DNA of 64,000 nt from Octopus sinensis (GCF_006345805.1 NC_043009.1:61256001-61320000), one strand, 5' to 3'; counted from the first letter of the stretch, positions 11,985 to 25,624 are shown. Notes: a model not told the origin generated them from the sequence alone. A program made the numbers and translations.

Positions 11985-12165
11985 TAAATTAGAGATAAAA
12001 CCACTATTAGGCAAATCATACAATGAAAAACTTAAGCCAATACATAAGATTATTTAATTTATATTATTTAAATATATAACAAAATTATTAAAAAAATATA
12101 ATTAATATAACACTACGATCGTTTCATGGCTGTTAATTTCTTTAAATTTTCTAGTTACAGTCATA
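11985..12165 (-). mobile_element. Penelope-like 3' fragment with a hammerhead 3' half
   Basis: Minus strand reads GAAAC-GATC-GTA-GTG (~12111-12125), the same stem III as the complete motif at 32394-32475; microsatellite-bounded. Confidence 0.5.
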
Positions 12166-13019
12166 CATATATATAGATATAGATAGATAGATAGATAGAT
12201 AGATAGCAAGACATTGGACAGTCAGTGTGTTGCGTTTAAGAAGACCACAGAGCATAGAGCTTGATAAGTGGCCCTTTAATTGACAGCAGTAAAAGTGACA
12301 TTTTCTACATGCTATATTAAACATTTTGTTACTTATGTAGTATTTTATCTGTAACATAATTGTTTTTTTATTGAATTATTGTTGTATTTTTGTGAATTAT
12401 TTATATCACAACAAACATCACAACAGTGATTCATCACATTATTCAAAAAGTCAATAAGATGTATATCAATGGTCATCCGTTGATATCTATCTTGGGTCAT
12501 GAAAGGTCAACAATCTGCTTTCTGTCCATCAGTTTGCAGTGTAAGTTTAAATAAATATCTATTTTTATGCAAACCAACAGATTCATAAGAGGCCTTCGTT
12601 GTGGTCAATCAATCTTCAAGAAATAGCAGTCAAATCTCCTTCAAATTGCATCCTAGAAACTTAAATAAGAATACAACACATTAGATAATGTCCTTCTAGT
12701 ACATGATCCTAAAAAAACAGAATGGTCATGACTGGAGTGTCTTTGAACATATATCTGTTCAAACAGGGCTAAGCTGGGGCAAACAAAATCAAACCATAAA
12801 GAATATTTCCATAATGAAACAGTTACATTGACAAATTTTGGTTCACTTTGTCAGTGCTAGATCAACCATTAACCAAAATAAGTATGTGCTTAGGGCATCA
12901 AGGGGAGGTGTGGTCAACACAGAAATGGTAAATGGTTTACAACACAAAAGAAATTACTTTAAACCTACTAAAATAATTATCCCAACTGGTTTATGATCGA
13001 AAATATAATTAGGGGTTGA

Positions 13020-13502
13020 TTCCATCCAACAGTTCTTGAGATGTCTTGTCGATGGACAAACAAACAAACAAACACAACTGAAAACAATACCTCTGCCTTC
13101 GCTAAGGTGGAGGTAACAATATATTAATTAAAACAAGAGCACTCATAAAGCGCAAACTTCCACCAAGGCAACGCCAACATCCTCTTAATGATTAGCCGGA
13201 AATGATTTTTAAAATGAGAATATCTGAAATAAACTCAACTGCTCTCACAAACAAGAATACTAAAAAAATGAACCCTACCACTCTCAAAAATTAAGTTTAA
13301 AAAACCAGAAAAATAATCCAGAATCTTTGTCTAGTACCGGATTGATATGAAAAATTTTATCAGTTTGTGCCAGTCACAAGGCCAAACATCCCTGAAAGTT
13401 TCATCTGAATCCATCCAGTGGTTCTTGAGATATCTTGTCCATGGACAAACAAACAAACATGACTGTAATCAATACCTCGACCTTCGCTAAGGAAGAAGTA
13501 AT
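13020..13502 (+). mobile_element. Helentron-associated (HINE/DINE-like) non-autonomous element, partial tandem
   Basis: Starts AAACAAGAGCACTC..GCAAAC(C)TCC(G)CCAAGG; 3' hairpin ACCTC(C)GCCTTCGCTAAGG(C)GGAGGT present twice; paralog at 59880-60250. Confidence 0.6.
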
Positions 13503-14039
13503 AAGAGAAGACTTAAAAGCCAAATGTAAAAAGAAACAAAAGTAAGTCCTAAATGAAGTTCTTTACAAAACAACAAAACTGCAATACTCCAAGTAACTTT
13601 CGTTCACCACCTTCAAACTTATGAAACTCCACAGAACAACAAGTGAACAAATTTGATAACTTCCAAATCATTTCATTCTATTCATTATCCAGGTTTGTTT
13701 TGTATAAAATAAAATAAAATAAAATAAAATAAAATAATCAACAAAAATATTCGTCATATACTTTTACTAATTATTGTTTCTAATGTGGAGATAATTTTTA
13801 ATGTTATTAACAAGTCACGCACGGCTGAGTGTACGAACGTATTTAGCTGTGATGGTGTTCAAAGAGCAAACAGCTGTTCTAGACACCTTGGAGTCGATCC
13901 ACCATATATTTTTGTTCTTTTGTTTTTGTTTTTGTTTTCTTTTTTTGTTTTGCTCTTGGAGCTAACAAGTACAGTTAATTATCGTTATCAAACATAGATT
14001 TTTCAATAAAACCAATTAAAAAATTAACTATTACATCCA

Positions 14040-14690
14040 GTATCATCATCATTTAACGTCAGTTTTCCATCCTGGCATGGGTTGGACGGCTTGACAGGAA
14101 CTGGAAAAGGCCAGGTGTTGCACCAGATTCCATAGTCTGTTTTGGTCTGGTCTCTACAGCTGGATGACCTTGTAGGAAATGAGTTGGCACTGGATGGGTG
14201 ATTCACAATTCCATACATAGTTCATGGAAGGAAAAGGCAAGGACAAGATCTCTCCGAAACAAATAACAATAATAATTTATTTCACCTAAATAAACATTTC
14301 ATCTCTGGACATCGGTAGCCTGGACGCCTTGGTATGGAAGCAGCAAGGTTGGCAGTTAGACACAAAAATACGAAGACATTTTCACAGACTCGCAGCATCA
14401 CTCGCCGTCAGAATTCCAGCTCCACGGAGCTGGTCTAAGTTGCATCCTGTCTGGACAGAAGCCAGGGCCGAAGAGGATGAATGGGTGGTCAAGCCTAGCT
14501 GCTGCTGATGATTGCACATGCGTATAAGGGGCTTCCGTCAGATCTCCGGAAAGCTCTAATTCTATGCGCATGCATGGATGAATGTTCCACAAAGGCGTCT
14601 CGACCAGGCATCGCTACAACCTTTCTAATGCCAACCACTTTACAGTAGGGTGTACTGGGTGCTTATTACGTGGCACCATCACCATGATAT
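14040..14690 (-). mobile_element. RTE LINE 3'UTR fragment interrupted by a solo LTR
   Basis: (CAT)n-TTTAACGTC..CCATCCTGGCATGGGTTGGACGG..CTACAGCTGGATG..CTAATGCCAACCAC, the reverse of the 37650-37826 end. Confidence 0.75.
14171..14618. mobile_element. Solo LTR (Gypsy-like, 448 bp)
   Basis: TGTAG...CTACA inverted termini; 4-bp TSD ACCT at 14167-14170 and 14619-14622; cleanly splits an RTE UTR; internal AATAAA. Confidence 0.75.
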
Positions 14691-14899
14691 GGTCCAGTCC
14701 TTGTTGCAGAATAGAGTGTGCCCCAATGATCCTAGGAGCACTGCCAGCAGAGAGCAGGACCCTTGTAGGATGTCCTATGTTGGATATGTCAAAGGATAGA
14801 GCCCAGACTAAATATGGACCTTCTCTTCCCAGAGGTAGAAATTGCAGACTTGCTAGTTATTCACAAGGTAAGGTTGTACAGAGAGATGCCATCCTCAAT

Positions 14900-16400
14900 G
14901 ACTAATGTAGCACCTTCATTATCAACAACAACAATGCCAAAGAAGATATTCCAGAAAGGAACTGTAAACTGATGGACCAAGTTAATATAGTAACAGGAAA
15001 AGTCATGGTACAAGATAATTAGAAAGAAGTCAAGCTTAAAAGATATGTAATTTGGTTTTGTACCAGAACAAGGTACCGGTAAGTGGCCACTTTAGTGAGA
15101 AACTACAAGAGGTGTTCTTAGCAAAGAGTAAGACAACATCTAGCATTCATTGATGTGGAGAACACCCCTTGACAAAGGCCAAAGCTCTGTAATCTGGTCG
15201 TTGCTGAATAAACTGGATGTAGATGAATGGTTAATGAGAACCATGCAAACCATATACAACAAGGTGAGAATTAGCAATGAGTTTAGTAAGGAATTCTGCA
15301 TGTAGATAAGTGTCCATCAGGACTTGTTTATTATAATCCTTAAGACCATGACAAAAGTGTTCAAGGCTGGATGTTCCTGTATTCCAATGGTTTAGCTCTT
15401 AGAGATGAATCTGTCAAAGATTTAAAGATATTCCAAATGAAGAAGCAAAGCCTAGAAGTGAGAGGCCTCAAAGTAAACCTAGCAAAGACAAAAGTTTTAG
15501 TTAGGAGAGAAGAATGGATCATGATGTGATGTGGGTGTAGTCGTGCAGAAATGAGTCAGTAGGAATTCTGTATGTCAGAAACGTTAGCACGCCAGGCAAG
15601 ATGCGTAGCAGTATTTCGTCTGCTGTTACGTTCTGAGTTCAAATTCCGCCGAGGTCGACTTTGCCTTTCATCCTTTCGGGGTCGATTAAATAAGTACCAG
15701 TTATACACTGGGGTCGATGTAATCGACTTAATTCGTGTGTCTGTCCTTGTTTGTCCCCTCTGTGTTTAGCCCCTTGTGGGTAGTAAAGAAATAGGAATTC
15801 TGTATGATGAATCCAATGTAAACTATGGGATACATAAGAGATGTTGTGCAATCACAGGTGGACGGATGGAGAAAGGAAAATTCATACATGGACAGGTACA
15901 CAAGAGTAGTGTGCAACAAAAGCACCTGTGAAATAATTTTTTCTAAATACTTAAAAGGCTCCATTGAAATAGTTTAAGTGAGGTGACTTAATTAGCATTA
16001 GGGGTGAATATTCTAAAAGCTTACTATACCAGAGTAAGGATGAAGTGGGAAAAGTTTAGAGGAATATTACTTTGGCTTGTAGCAAAGAAATACTTGAAAT
16101 GAAGGGCTGACTGTGTGAATCTTGTATGTGAGCTCCAGTAGATATATAGTGCTAATGTGCATGGACAATGAATCACAAATGAGCTGAGAAAAAAACTAGG
16201 TATAAGAGCAATCAGGTATTGTATGTAAGAGAGAAGATGAGCTGGTGTGGTTATGTGTTGAGAATGGAGAATGACAATTGGGTAAAGAAATGCTAAGTGA
16301 TCCAAATAGAAGGATCCTGCAGAAGAGGAAGGTTAAAGAAGACATGAAGAAGTGGTGATAGTTGATCATAGGAGTTTGAACCTTATGAAGGTGATAGTAA
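14900..16400 (+). pseudogene. Old, heavily decayed RTE ORF2 (RT) remnant
   Basis: Collinear with 35800-37200 (KLMDQV, AFIDVEN, DEWLMR, GLKVNLAKTKVL); many stops and indels. Confidence 0.7.
15575..15791 (+). mobile_element. Young Nin-domain SINE with a 15-bp TSD
   Basis: TAGGAATTCTGTATG at 15560-15574 and 15792-15806. Confidence 0.9.
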
Positions 16401-16492
16401 GTGGCCACACCCATAATAGCAACGTTGCTATTATGGGTGTCTGACAGTTCCACTGTTATGGAATATGGGATATCAGCTCCTCTACAATTATT

Positions 16493-16709
16493 CTTTTCTA
16501 CTCTAGGCATAAGGACCGAAATTTTGGGGGAGGGAGCCAGTCAATTAGATCGACCCCAGTACACAGCTGGTACTTAATTTACCGACCCTGAAAGAATGAA
16601 AGACAAAGTTGACCTCGGCAGAATTTGAACTCAGAATGTAAAGACAGATGAAATACCGCTAAGCATTTTGCCCTGTGTGCTAACGCTTCTGCCAGCTCGC
16701 CACCTTAGA
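16493..16709 (-). mobile_element. Nin-domain SINE with TSD
   Basis: TCCTCTACAATTATT at 16478-16492 and 16710-16724. Confidence 0.85.
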
Positions 16710-17079
16710 TCCTCTACAATTATTGGGTAACAGACCCTTGTATCAATATCTTGGTGGATTGTCAAACTCCACCACAATTATGGAGTGTCATATTCTTCCT
16801 GTATTATAGAACACAAGACATGTCCACTGGTGTGGAAAGTCAAATTCTTGTACTAATAGAGCACACCAAACTCTTTTGTTATCCATGGGTTATGAGAGAA
16901 CTTTCTCCATCCAAAATTCCCAAAGAAACCATTCTGCCATTCCTATTTACAGCTCTTGTAGAAGAATTGTTTAGAGAAATAACATTTTTAGATTAGCAAA
17001 TTGATTGGATCCTCCTCCCCCTCCTTCTCCTCCTCTTTATCATCATCATCAGTACATTAACATTACATAGACACAAACT

Positions 17080-17081
<2 letters not shown>

Positions 17082-17116
<35 letters not shown>

Positions 17117-17152
17117 TCATATATATACATATATACATTCATATATTCATAT

Positions 17153-17191
<39 letters not shown>

Positions 17192-17198
17192 TATACAC

Positions 17199-17254
<56 letters not shown>

Positions 17255-17495
17255 TATATATATACATATATACATTCATATATTCATATATATATACATA
17301 CATACATATATATACATTCATATATATATACATATATACATTCATATATTCATATATATATACATACATACATTCATATATTCATATATATATACATACA
17401 TACATATATTCATATATATATACATACATACATATATTCATATATATATACATACATACATATATTCATATATATATACATACATACATATATAT

Positions 17496-17543
<48 letters not shown>

Positions 17544-17562
17544 TATATATACATATATATAT
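17082..17562. repeat. (TA)n/(TACA)n compound microsatellite
   Basis: Directly visible. Confidence 0.95.
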
Positions 17563-18149
17563 TGGTTGTATGTAGGAGGGGATCTATGCGTGTATATCTG
17601 TGAGGAGATGTTTCTGTATGATGTTTGCATGAACGAATATATCAGTGTTATCGTGTATAGTGCATGCTCACATGTGGTGTCTGTGTGTGGAGCTTACTGT
17701 GTATGCGTAGAGTGCTACAAACAACGAGAATTAGGTAGGATCAATATACATATAAAACAAGTAGTAGTAGTAGTGATGGTGGTGGTGGTGTCAGCAGTGA
17801 TAGTGGTAAGGACAAAAGTCCAGTGGTAGTAGTCAGAGTGTTGGTAGCAAGTATGAGGCAAGGGAGAGTATGTTATGTCCAAGACGACAGGGTGTGGTTT
17901 TGATTTCCTTTTAGAATCAATCGGATCAGAAAATCTAACTGTAAATAAATACATTGTGTCTGTATGCATGTGTATATACAACATACATATACACACACAC
18001 AGACATATATATACACACATATGAATATATAAATACTTACAAATAGACACACACACACACACACATATATGTGTATGTGTGTGTATTTATGTGTGTAAGT
18101 GTATATAGGTGAGTGTATGTGTATCCATGTGCGTATAAATGTATAAATT

Positions 18150-18975
18150 GTTCTTTTACTTCACTTTTACTTGTTTCATCCAGAGGCTGTGGCCATGCTG
18201 GGGTACCACCATTGATGTGATTATCAGTTTGTTTCACTTCCATGGGCCCCTTCTTTGTGTTTGGTTTTGGTGAACAAGGGTGCTGGACAATGCTGCTCTC
18301 ATTCAGGTCTCTTGCTGTGATGGGCATCTGAGATAAAAATTTGCCCAAGTATTTTTTCAATACGTCCATATCTATTCCTCACACACCTGTGAAGCTTTCT
18401 GGCAAGGTATCGAAAATCTATGGACACTTTTAACCTGGGTCCTTACTCTAGATCGATAGCTCTCATCTGGGGTCCATATGACCTTTGGGGGTCCATATGA
18501 CCTTTGGGGGTCCATATAAGATTTTGCTGCTAAAAGTTTATGTGCAGTAAACTGGTTATACATTTACAACACACAAAATAGTTCAACAATTTTGTATACA
18601 GTTCCTCATAATATTTAATTATAAAAATATAACTGGATTTTTTTAAACATCACGTAGTTAGTTATAAGAGCACACCCTAGCAAAACAGAATTCTAAGGGA
18701 TCCATAGGCAAAAAATGATTGGGAACCACAGCTCTAGATGGAATTGGTAGAACTTTTGGTACTATGCAATAGTGTCCAGTTTGGGAGTTGATACAACTTT
18801 CTAATCCAAAGGTAGGAGTTAAATCCTACAGGATTTTCCATGTCTTTTGCACTGCATATCTTTTGTGTCTTCACTCCAGGGAGGAGGGGTATCAGTTCTC
18901 TTTGCCTCCACCAGTAGCTCAACTGTTGCACTGAGGCAATCTTTCTGTAAAAACACTGAACTGCTTCAGGTAAAA
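18150..18975 (-). pseudogene. Decayed 3' end of a CR1/L2-group LINE ORF2 plus tail
   Basis: Minus strand gives ..LSYWWRQREL.. and DVLKKYLGKFLSQMP, resembling C-terminal motifs of CR1/L2-group ORF2 (SYWERL..L..LERRR; F K..LD..L...PD). Ends in CCAGCATGGCCACAGCC..TGAAACAAGTAAAAG. Confidence 0.55.
18454..18731. mobile_element. hAT (Charlie-like) MITE
   Basis: Perfect 8-bp TSD CTCTAGAT at 18446-18453 and 18732-18739; same family as 27519-28047. Confidence 0.8.
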
Positions 18976-19029
18976 TATGTGTAATTGAGGTAAAATATGT
19001 GTATGTCAAAGAAATCTGTACGGTATAAA

Positions 19030-19230
19030 TATATATAGTTCAAAATTATACAAAAAAAAACCCAAAAGACAAAGACAGGTGAGGGAAAAATCAAGGTATA
19101 TAAAAACAAGGTGTATTAGTTTGATACTTAAGGAAAATGGAAGAGTCTTTGATGTTTCAAGCCTATGCTCTTCTATGGAAAGGAATGAAGAGAGAAAACA
19201 GATGAAAAGAGGGAAAAAAAACTGTCTGGA
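19030..19230 (-). mobile_element. Penelope-like module, family B, with a degenerate hammerhead
   Basis: Paralog of 25625-25848. Minus-strand CTTT-CCATAGA-A-GAGC-ATAG-GCTT-GAAA-CA-TC-AAAG at 19147-19182. Confidence 0.65.
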
Positions 19231-19399
19231 TTAACAGTTGCGCATGTCACTCATTTTTGTCAGATGAGCGAACTGGAGTAACAAGAAATGAAGTGTTTTG
19301 CTCAAGAACACAACCCATCACCCAGTCCCGGAAATGAAACCAGAATCTTACTATCATAAGTATAACCACTAAGCCACACTTCCACACCATACATACCAA

Positions 19400-20685
19400 T
19401 CAGGTCATCCCATAAGTTCTGTCCGAATTTTGAATAAAGAAAACAAGTGATCAAATGTTATATTTAATTGAAATTTAATCATCAATGTACTTTCCCTGAA
19501 TATCTAAGACTTCCTTCCATCTATTTACAAGCTTTTTAATCCCATCAATGTAAAAACACTTTTGGTTTCAAAGCGAAGAACTCTGAAATGTCAGTTTCGA
19601 CCTCCTCCTGGCTTGCGAATGTTACGTCCCTCAAATGATTCTGTAAACTACTAAATAAATGGTAGTCTGAAGGAGCAAGGTCGGGAGAATAAGGTGGATG
19701 AGGAACTTTTTCCCAACCAAGCTCTTCAATCTTTTGTGATGTGTTCTTTGCAGTATGGGGTCACGCATTGACCTGATGAAACATCACTCGTTTTTGATTC
19801 ACTAAAGCGGGTCTTTTTTCTTTAAAGCTTGGTTCAAATGCTCTAATTGCTGACAGTAGACTTGAGCATTGATTATTGTATTAGGTGGTAATAATTCAAA
19901 GTGAATTACTCCTTTGCAATCCCACCAGATAGAGAGAAGAACCTTTTTCCCATGAACTTCCCTTCTTGGATGTGGTTGAGCTTTTTTCCCTTTTACCAAG
20001 CCACTGTTTACAATGCTTAACATTTTGATAGACAATCCATTTTTCATCACCAGTCACAAGTCTATCCAAAAAGGGTGAAATGAGTTTGCAAGAATGGAGA
20101 GAAGAGCAGATGTCAACTCGGGATTTGCAGTTGCTTTTGGACAATTTATGAGGCACCCATTTTCCAAGTTTAGGAACTTTTCCAAGTTGTTGATGATGAT
20201 AAACAGTTGTATGGTTTGAACTAAGCTTTATTGCCAATTCTTTAACTGATAATGCAGGATTTTCTTCAAGTAATGCCTCAAGGAGCTTATCATCAAACTC
20301 AACTGGACGTTCTGTTTGATCTTCATCTTCAAAGCTGAAATCTCTACTTCTGAATTTTGCAAACCATCTTCTGCAAGTTCTTTCATTCAAGCATTTTTCC
20401 CCATAAACTGAGTGTATGTTTCGAGTCGCTTCGGCTGCAGAGTTTCCTTTTTTGTACTCGTAAAGCATTATGTGCCTGAAATGGTCTTTGGATACTTCCA
20501 TGTTAGAAAGGGTTTTAATCAAAGAAATATTAATTCTATTATCCTATAAAATAATATTTAATTAGTTTAAATGCACACAAATGCATAAAAATATTTTTTA
20601 ATTCCATTAGACATTCTAAAATACTATTAAACTTCATTCAATTTTAAAAAAGGTAAAACCAGACAGAACTTATAGGATGACCTGA
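19400..20685 (-). mobile_element. Full-length mariner transposon 1 (~1.29 kb)
   Basis: TIRs TCAGGTCATCCCATAAGTTCTGTCCG / CAGACAGAACTTATAGGATGACCTGA followed by TA. Confidence 0.93.
19474..20501 (-). pseudogene. Mariner DD34D transposase, frameshifted
   Basis: MEVSKDHFRHIML.., WVPHKL, LVTGDEKW, KKVLLSIWWD, HPPYSPDLAPSDYHLF; split across ORFs 19896..20522 and 19802..20050. Confidence 0.92.
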
Positions 20686-20832
20686 TACATACATTCATTC
20701 ATACATACATACATACATACATATATACATACATACATACATACATACATTCATACATACATACGTACTTACATACAGTCATATATACGTATATAAATAC
20801 ATACATATATACGTATATACATACATACATTC

Positions 20833-21046
20833 AAAATGTGACTGCATGTGTACCGTTGGCGATTTTTTTCCTCCATCTTCCCTTCTTTGGATCTTTCCTT
20901 TTCCTATGTTTCTGACGAAGAGCTCTGCTCGAAATGTTAAACCCTCCTTCTTTCCTTCTTTCCTGAGTGTCCAATAATACTATACTTGTTCCACGTCCTC
21001 GCGTTGTTGTGTTTTCTCTTTGTGATTTCATGTTTGGATTAACTTT
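20833..21046 (+). mobile_element. Penelope-like module, family A
   Basis: Between (TACA)n tracts; paralog of 11745-11950; contains a hammerhead. Confidence 0.75.
20908..20942 (+). ncRNA. Minimal type-I hammerhead ribozyme motif
   Basis: GTTT-CTGACGA-A-GAGC-TCT-GCTC-GAAA-TG-TT-AAAC. Stem I GTTT/AAAC, stem II GAGC/GCTC, canonical core. Confidence 0.75.
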
Positions 21047-21100
21047 ACATACATACATGCATGCATGCATACATACATACATACATACTACATACATACA

Positions 21101-21134
<34 letters not shown>

Positions 21135-21164
21135 CATACATACATACATACATACATACATACA

Positions 21165-21196
<32 letters not shown>

Positions 21197-21326
21197 AACT
21201 AGATATACATGCAGTGCTAGTAAATGTACAAACTGATGAGTTTGAGGCATTTTGGTACAGCTGTTTTGGTGCCTCTTATTTAGCATCAATGATCAAAGCT
21301 AATTTGACATCAGATATTTAAGCATT

Positions 21327-21384
<58 letters not shown>

Positions 21385-22014
21385 GTTTATGTGTGTGAGT
21401 ATATTTCTTTTTAGTAGTCTGAGGAGAGGGAAAGATTTTATGCCAATTGTGTTGTGTTCAATTAATAAATTGTAATTTCTCCCTCCTCTCTCTTTCCCTT
21501 TATGTGTGTGAGGAGAGGGAAAGCATTTATGCCAATTATGTTCAACTAATAACTTGTAACATCTGCCTCATCAACACCACAATTACCAGCATCACCACCA
21601 CCACCACAATCATTGCAATCACCACCCAAAACCACCAAACACTCCAATGTACAAAAGTGAAAGTTGGAAGAATTCTATTCCAATCTCCTCACACGTGTTA
21701 AAGAGAAGTGGAGCCTGAGGTAAACTGGAAACATTTGAGATTTGAACCTCTTTCCTTCGTTTCTCTAACTACCTGTCTCTCTATCTGTCTGCCTGTCCAT
21801 CTCTCTCTCTATATATATCTCTCTCACTCTCTTCCATTCAATATGGATGGGCAAGGAGAGAAAGAGGCAATGGAAATGGTGCGGCAAGCAAGTTGTTTCC
21901 AGTTGAAACAAGCTTTATCATTGGTCAAGACAGCGCTGAGAGTGTGTGGGGGAGGGAGTGGGTTAAAATGTCATTGACACCAAGCCTTTGGAGAGGAGGG
22001 AAAAGTAAGAAGAT

Positions 22015-22240
22015 ATATATATGTATACTGACATATACATACATGTATGTGCGAGTATATATATATATATATATGCATACATACATATATATACATATAT
22101 ATATATATATACATATATATACATATATATACACATATATATATACATATATATATATACATATATATACATATATATACATATACATATATACATATAT
22201 ATATACATATATATACATATACATATATATATACATATAC

Positions 22241-22279
<39 letters not shown>

Positions 22280-22346
22280 TATATACATGTATATATATAT
22301 ACATATATATATACATATGCATGTATATATATATATATTATATATA

Positions 22347-22380
<34 letters not shown>

Positions 22381-22410
22381 TACACATGTGTGTGTGTGTG
22401 TACATACATA
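22015..22410. repeat. (TA)n/(TATACA)n microsatellite
   Basis: Directly visible; accounts for the many YI-rich ORFs. Confidence 0.95.
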
Positions 22411-22886
22411 TTTACAAGACCAAAAACAACACGTACACAGGTGCTGAAAATGAATGTTAGAGAGAGAAGGGAGGGGGAGCATGGGTGGTGGCGAGAGAGA
22501 AGGACAAGGTAATAGGGGGAGGGGTGATCAAAAGTGATTACAACATAAAGGTCAACAAGAATACTTGTAACAAAATCTGATATCTGTAAATATAGCTCAG
22601 CAGCTACACACACACACACACACACACACGTCTTGGTGTGTGCGTGTGTGTGTGAGTGTGTGTGTGTGTGTGTGTATTTATCCTGAGAGAGGAAGAGAGA
22701 GACAGAGAGAGAAAGAGAGAAGAGTTCTTGTAGTCATGGAGAGATTAGTTCATTTCTTACAGAAAGGTTTGCAGACGGGGGGGTGTATGTATGTATGTAT
22801 GTATGTATGTATATATATGTGTGTACACACACATACATACATACACATGTGCACATGTGCATATACATATATAAAAGTATACTTGA

Positions 22887-22917
<31 letters not shown>

Positions 22918-23800
22918 TATTGGCTGTGTGGTAAGTAACTTGCTTACCGACCACATGGTTCCAGGTTCAGTCCCACGGTGTGGCACCTTAGGCAAGTATT
23001 TTCTACTATATCCTTGGGCTGACCAAAGCCTTGTGAGCGGATTTAGTAGATGGAAACTGAAAGGTAATCCCATAGACCAGCCTTCTCCATTTTTAATACA
23101 CACACACACACACACACACACAAAAACACACACATTGATTAATTTTAGAATTTATTAGAATTTAGGGACAGTAATACACAGGACACCAGAAATGTCTCGG
23201 TACAATAAGAGAGGGTTCACAGTGAGGTAAAAGAACCATAAAGGTATCATGAACTGGTGGAGATACTATAAATATGTAAGTACCAAATCCGATTTAAACC
23301 ATGGATCCAACTCAAGGCTGGCTCTAGGTGCAGCATTCTTTCGCATATATACCATCATCATCATCATCATATAACGTCCGCTAGTATTTTGTTATAGTGC
23401 CTTGTAATGGACTCTCCTTTTTGTAAACACCAGGAAAACCAGGGAGAAAGTTTAGCCACCCATTGCATATATCCAATATAACACTTGTGTCATGAAGTTT
23501 ACATCTTCCATGTTCTTCTTAATATTTTCTCTTTCTTTATTGCCCGCAGGGGGCTAAACATAGAGGGGACAAACAAGGACAGACAAAGAGATTAAGTCGA
23601 TTACATCGACCCCAGTGCGTAACTGGTACTCAATTTATCGACCCCGAAAGAATGAAAGGCAAAGTCACCCGTGGTGACACAAATATTATGTAACTTACTT
23701 TGGTCGTTTGAAGTTTACTCAGCAGTTTACATGTTCATGATTTGTTAATGATGATGATTAGGAAGAGGAGGAGATATTTAATTATGGCATTTACGTAATA

Positions 23801-25052
23801 CATTGGGTTGGCAAGAAAGTAATTTCGGTTTTTTAGTGTGAAATAAAAGTCATTTTTTTTTCATACAAAGAATGAACTTTAATGAATTATATATTTTCCA
23901 TTTTGCTTGATGACCTTTTGCCATCTTTCTGGCAACTTCATGATTCTGCTCTCATAAAACTTCTGGTCCTTATCAGTCAAAAACTGAAGCAAGTGCAATT
24001 TCAGTTCATCATCAAATTTCAAAATAAATGGTAATCTGATGGTGCAAGGTTAGGACTATATGCTTGATGTGACATTACTTCCAAACCAAGCACCAATAAT
24101 TTTTCACAAGTTAGCAAAGACATGTGTGGTCTAGCATTGTCATGATTCCTTTATGATTTGCCAATTCTGGCTGTTTTTCTTTGATTGCTTCCTCTAGTTT
24201 CATTAGTTGTTGACAGTAAACATCTGAATTGATCGTTTGGTTCCTTGAAAGCAGCTCAAAATACACAACACCTTTCTAATCCTACCAAATTGCCAGCATG
24301 ACATTTTTTTTATGCAATTCAACTTTCGATGTGGTTTATGCTGGTTCATTATTCTTGGACCATGATCGTTTTCGATTGATGTTATTGTAGACAGTCCATT
24401 TTTAATCACCAGTGATAATTCGTTTAAAAAAAAAAGTCGATTTCATTGTTTGAGATGCATATCACAAATATTGATTTGTTGTGTTAAGTGAATCTCTCTC
24501 AATTTATGTGGAATCCAAATATCGAGCATCTTAACAAGTCCAAGATATCTTAAGTGTTTTTCACTTGTTGTGTGTGATACAGTTAAACTCTCTGCAATCT
24601 CTCGCACAGTTATATGACAATCAGATTCGATTATGGCTTTGATTCGGCCATCATCAACTTCAGTAGGCTGACCAGAACGTTGGTCATCTTTGAGTGAAAA
24701 ATCTCCAGAACAGAATTTCTAAAACCATTTCTGACATGTGCATTCTGTTAAGCAATCAACACCATAAGCTTCACATTTCTCTTTGTGGGCTTCAGCAGCT
24801 TTCTTGCCTTTATGAATATAAAAAAGCAAAACATGGTAGAAATGTTCGTTTTTTGCACTCCATGTTAAAATTGACAGTGAACTAACAGCAGCAAACAAAA
24901 TTATGCGCAATTTGCTTCTAAAGTAAGCTAAAAGTAAAGTCTATCAAATGTCAAAAGGAAAAAAATTATAACATTGACAAAAGTCATTAAAAAAAAAATC
25001 ATGACTCTATCTATTTGCAAAAAAATTAACTTACTTTCTTGCCAACGCAACA
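23801..25052 (-). mobile_element. Full-length mariner transposon 2 with a decayed transposase (~23880-24863)
   Basis: TA then ATTGGGTTGGCAAGAAAGTAA at the left end, TTACTTTCTTGCCAACGCAA at the right. Minus-strand NEHFYHVLLF, CQKWF, WIPHKL, ITGD, and a YSPNLAPSDY-like motif. Confidence 0.88.
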
Positions 25053-25624
25053 TTATCAACGCTTGGTTTATAATTGGGTGTAATGTATGTTATGTTCTGC
25101 TTGATGGATTTTTGATAATGTGTTTATCTATTCCATTGTCAGTGTGACTTTGGTTCATGCCATGCACTTTATATGTACTTTATTTATACAGGGTGTGGCT
25201 AATATCGTATATTGTATTGAATTTGTATCTATATTATTCTAAAGCTTGGTCAATTAACCTCTCTGTATATGAGTTATTGATTAGGGTTTGATTTTGTTTC
25301 TTTCTTTTCTTCAGATCTATTCTTTTTCTTTTTTCTTTTCATGCCTCATTTGTATTTAGTTATAGCCCTCTGTGTTCTGAGTTCAAATCCTGTCAGGTTG
25401 TGTGGTTAAGAAGATTGCTTTGCAACCAATTGATTTCAGGTTCAATCTCACAGCACAACATCTTGAGTAAGTGTCTTCTGTTATAGCCTTGGGCCAACCA
25501 ATATTTTGTGAATAGATTTGATATTTGGAAACTGCATGAAAGCCCGTCATACATATGTGTGTGTGTGTCTGTATGTGTGTCTGCATGTGCATGTGTGTGT
25601 GAATGTGCATATATATGTGTGACT

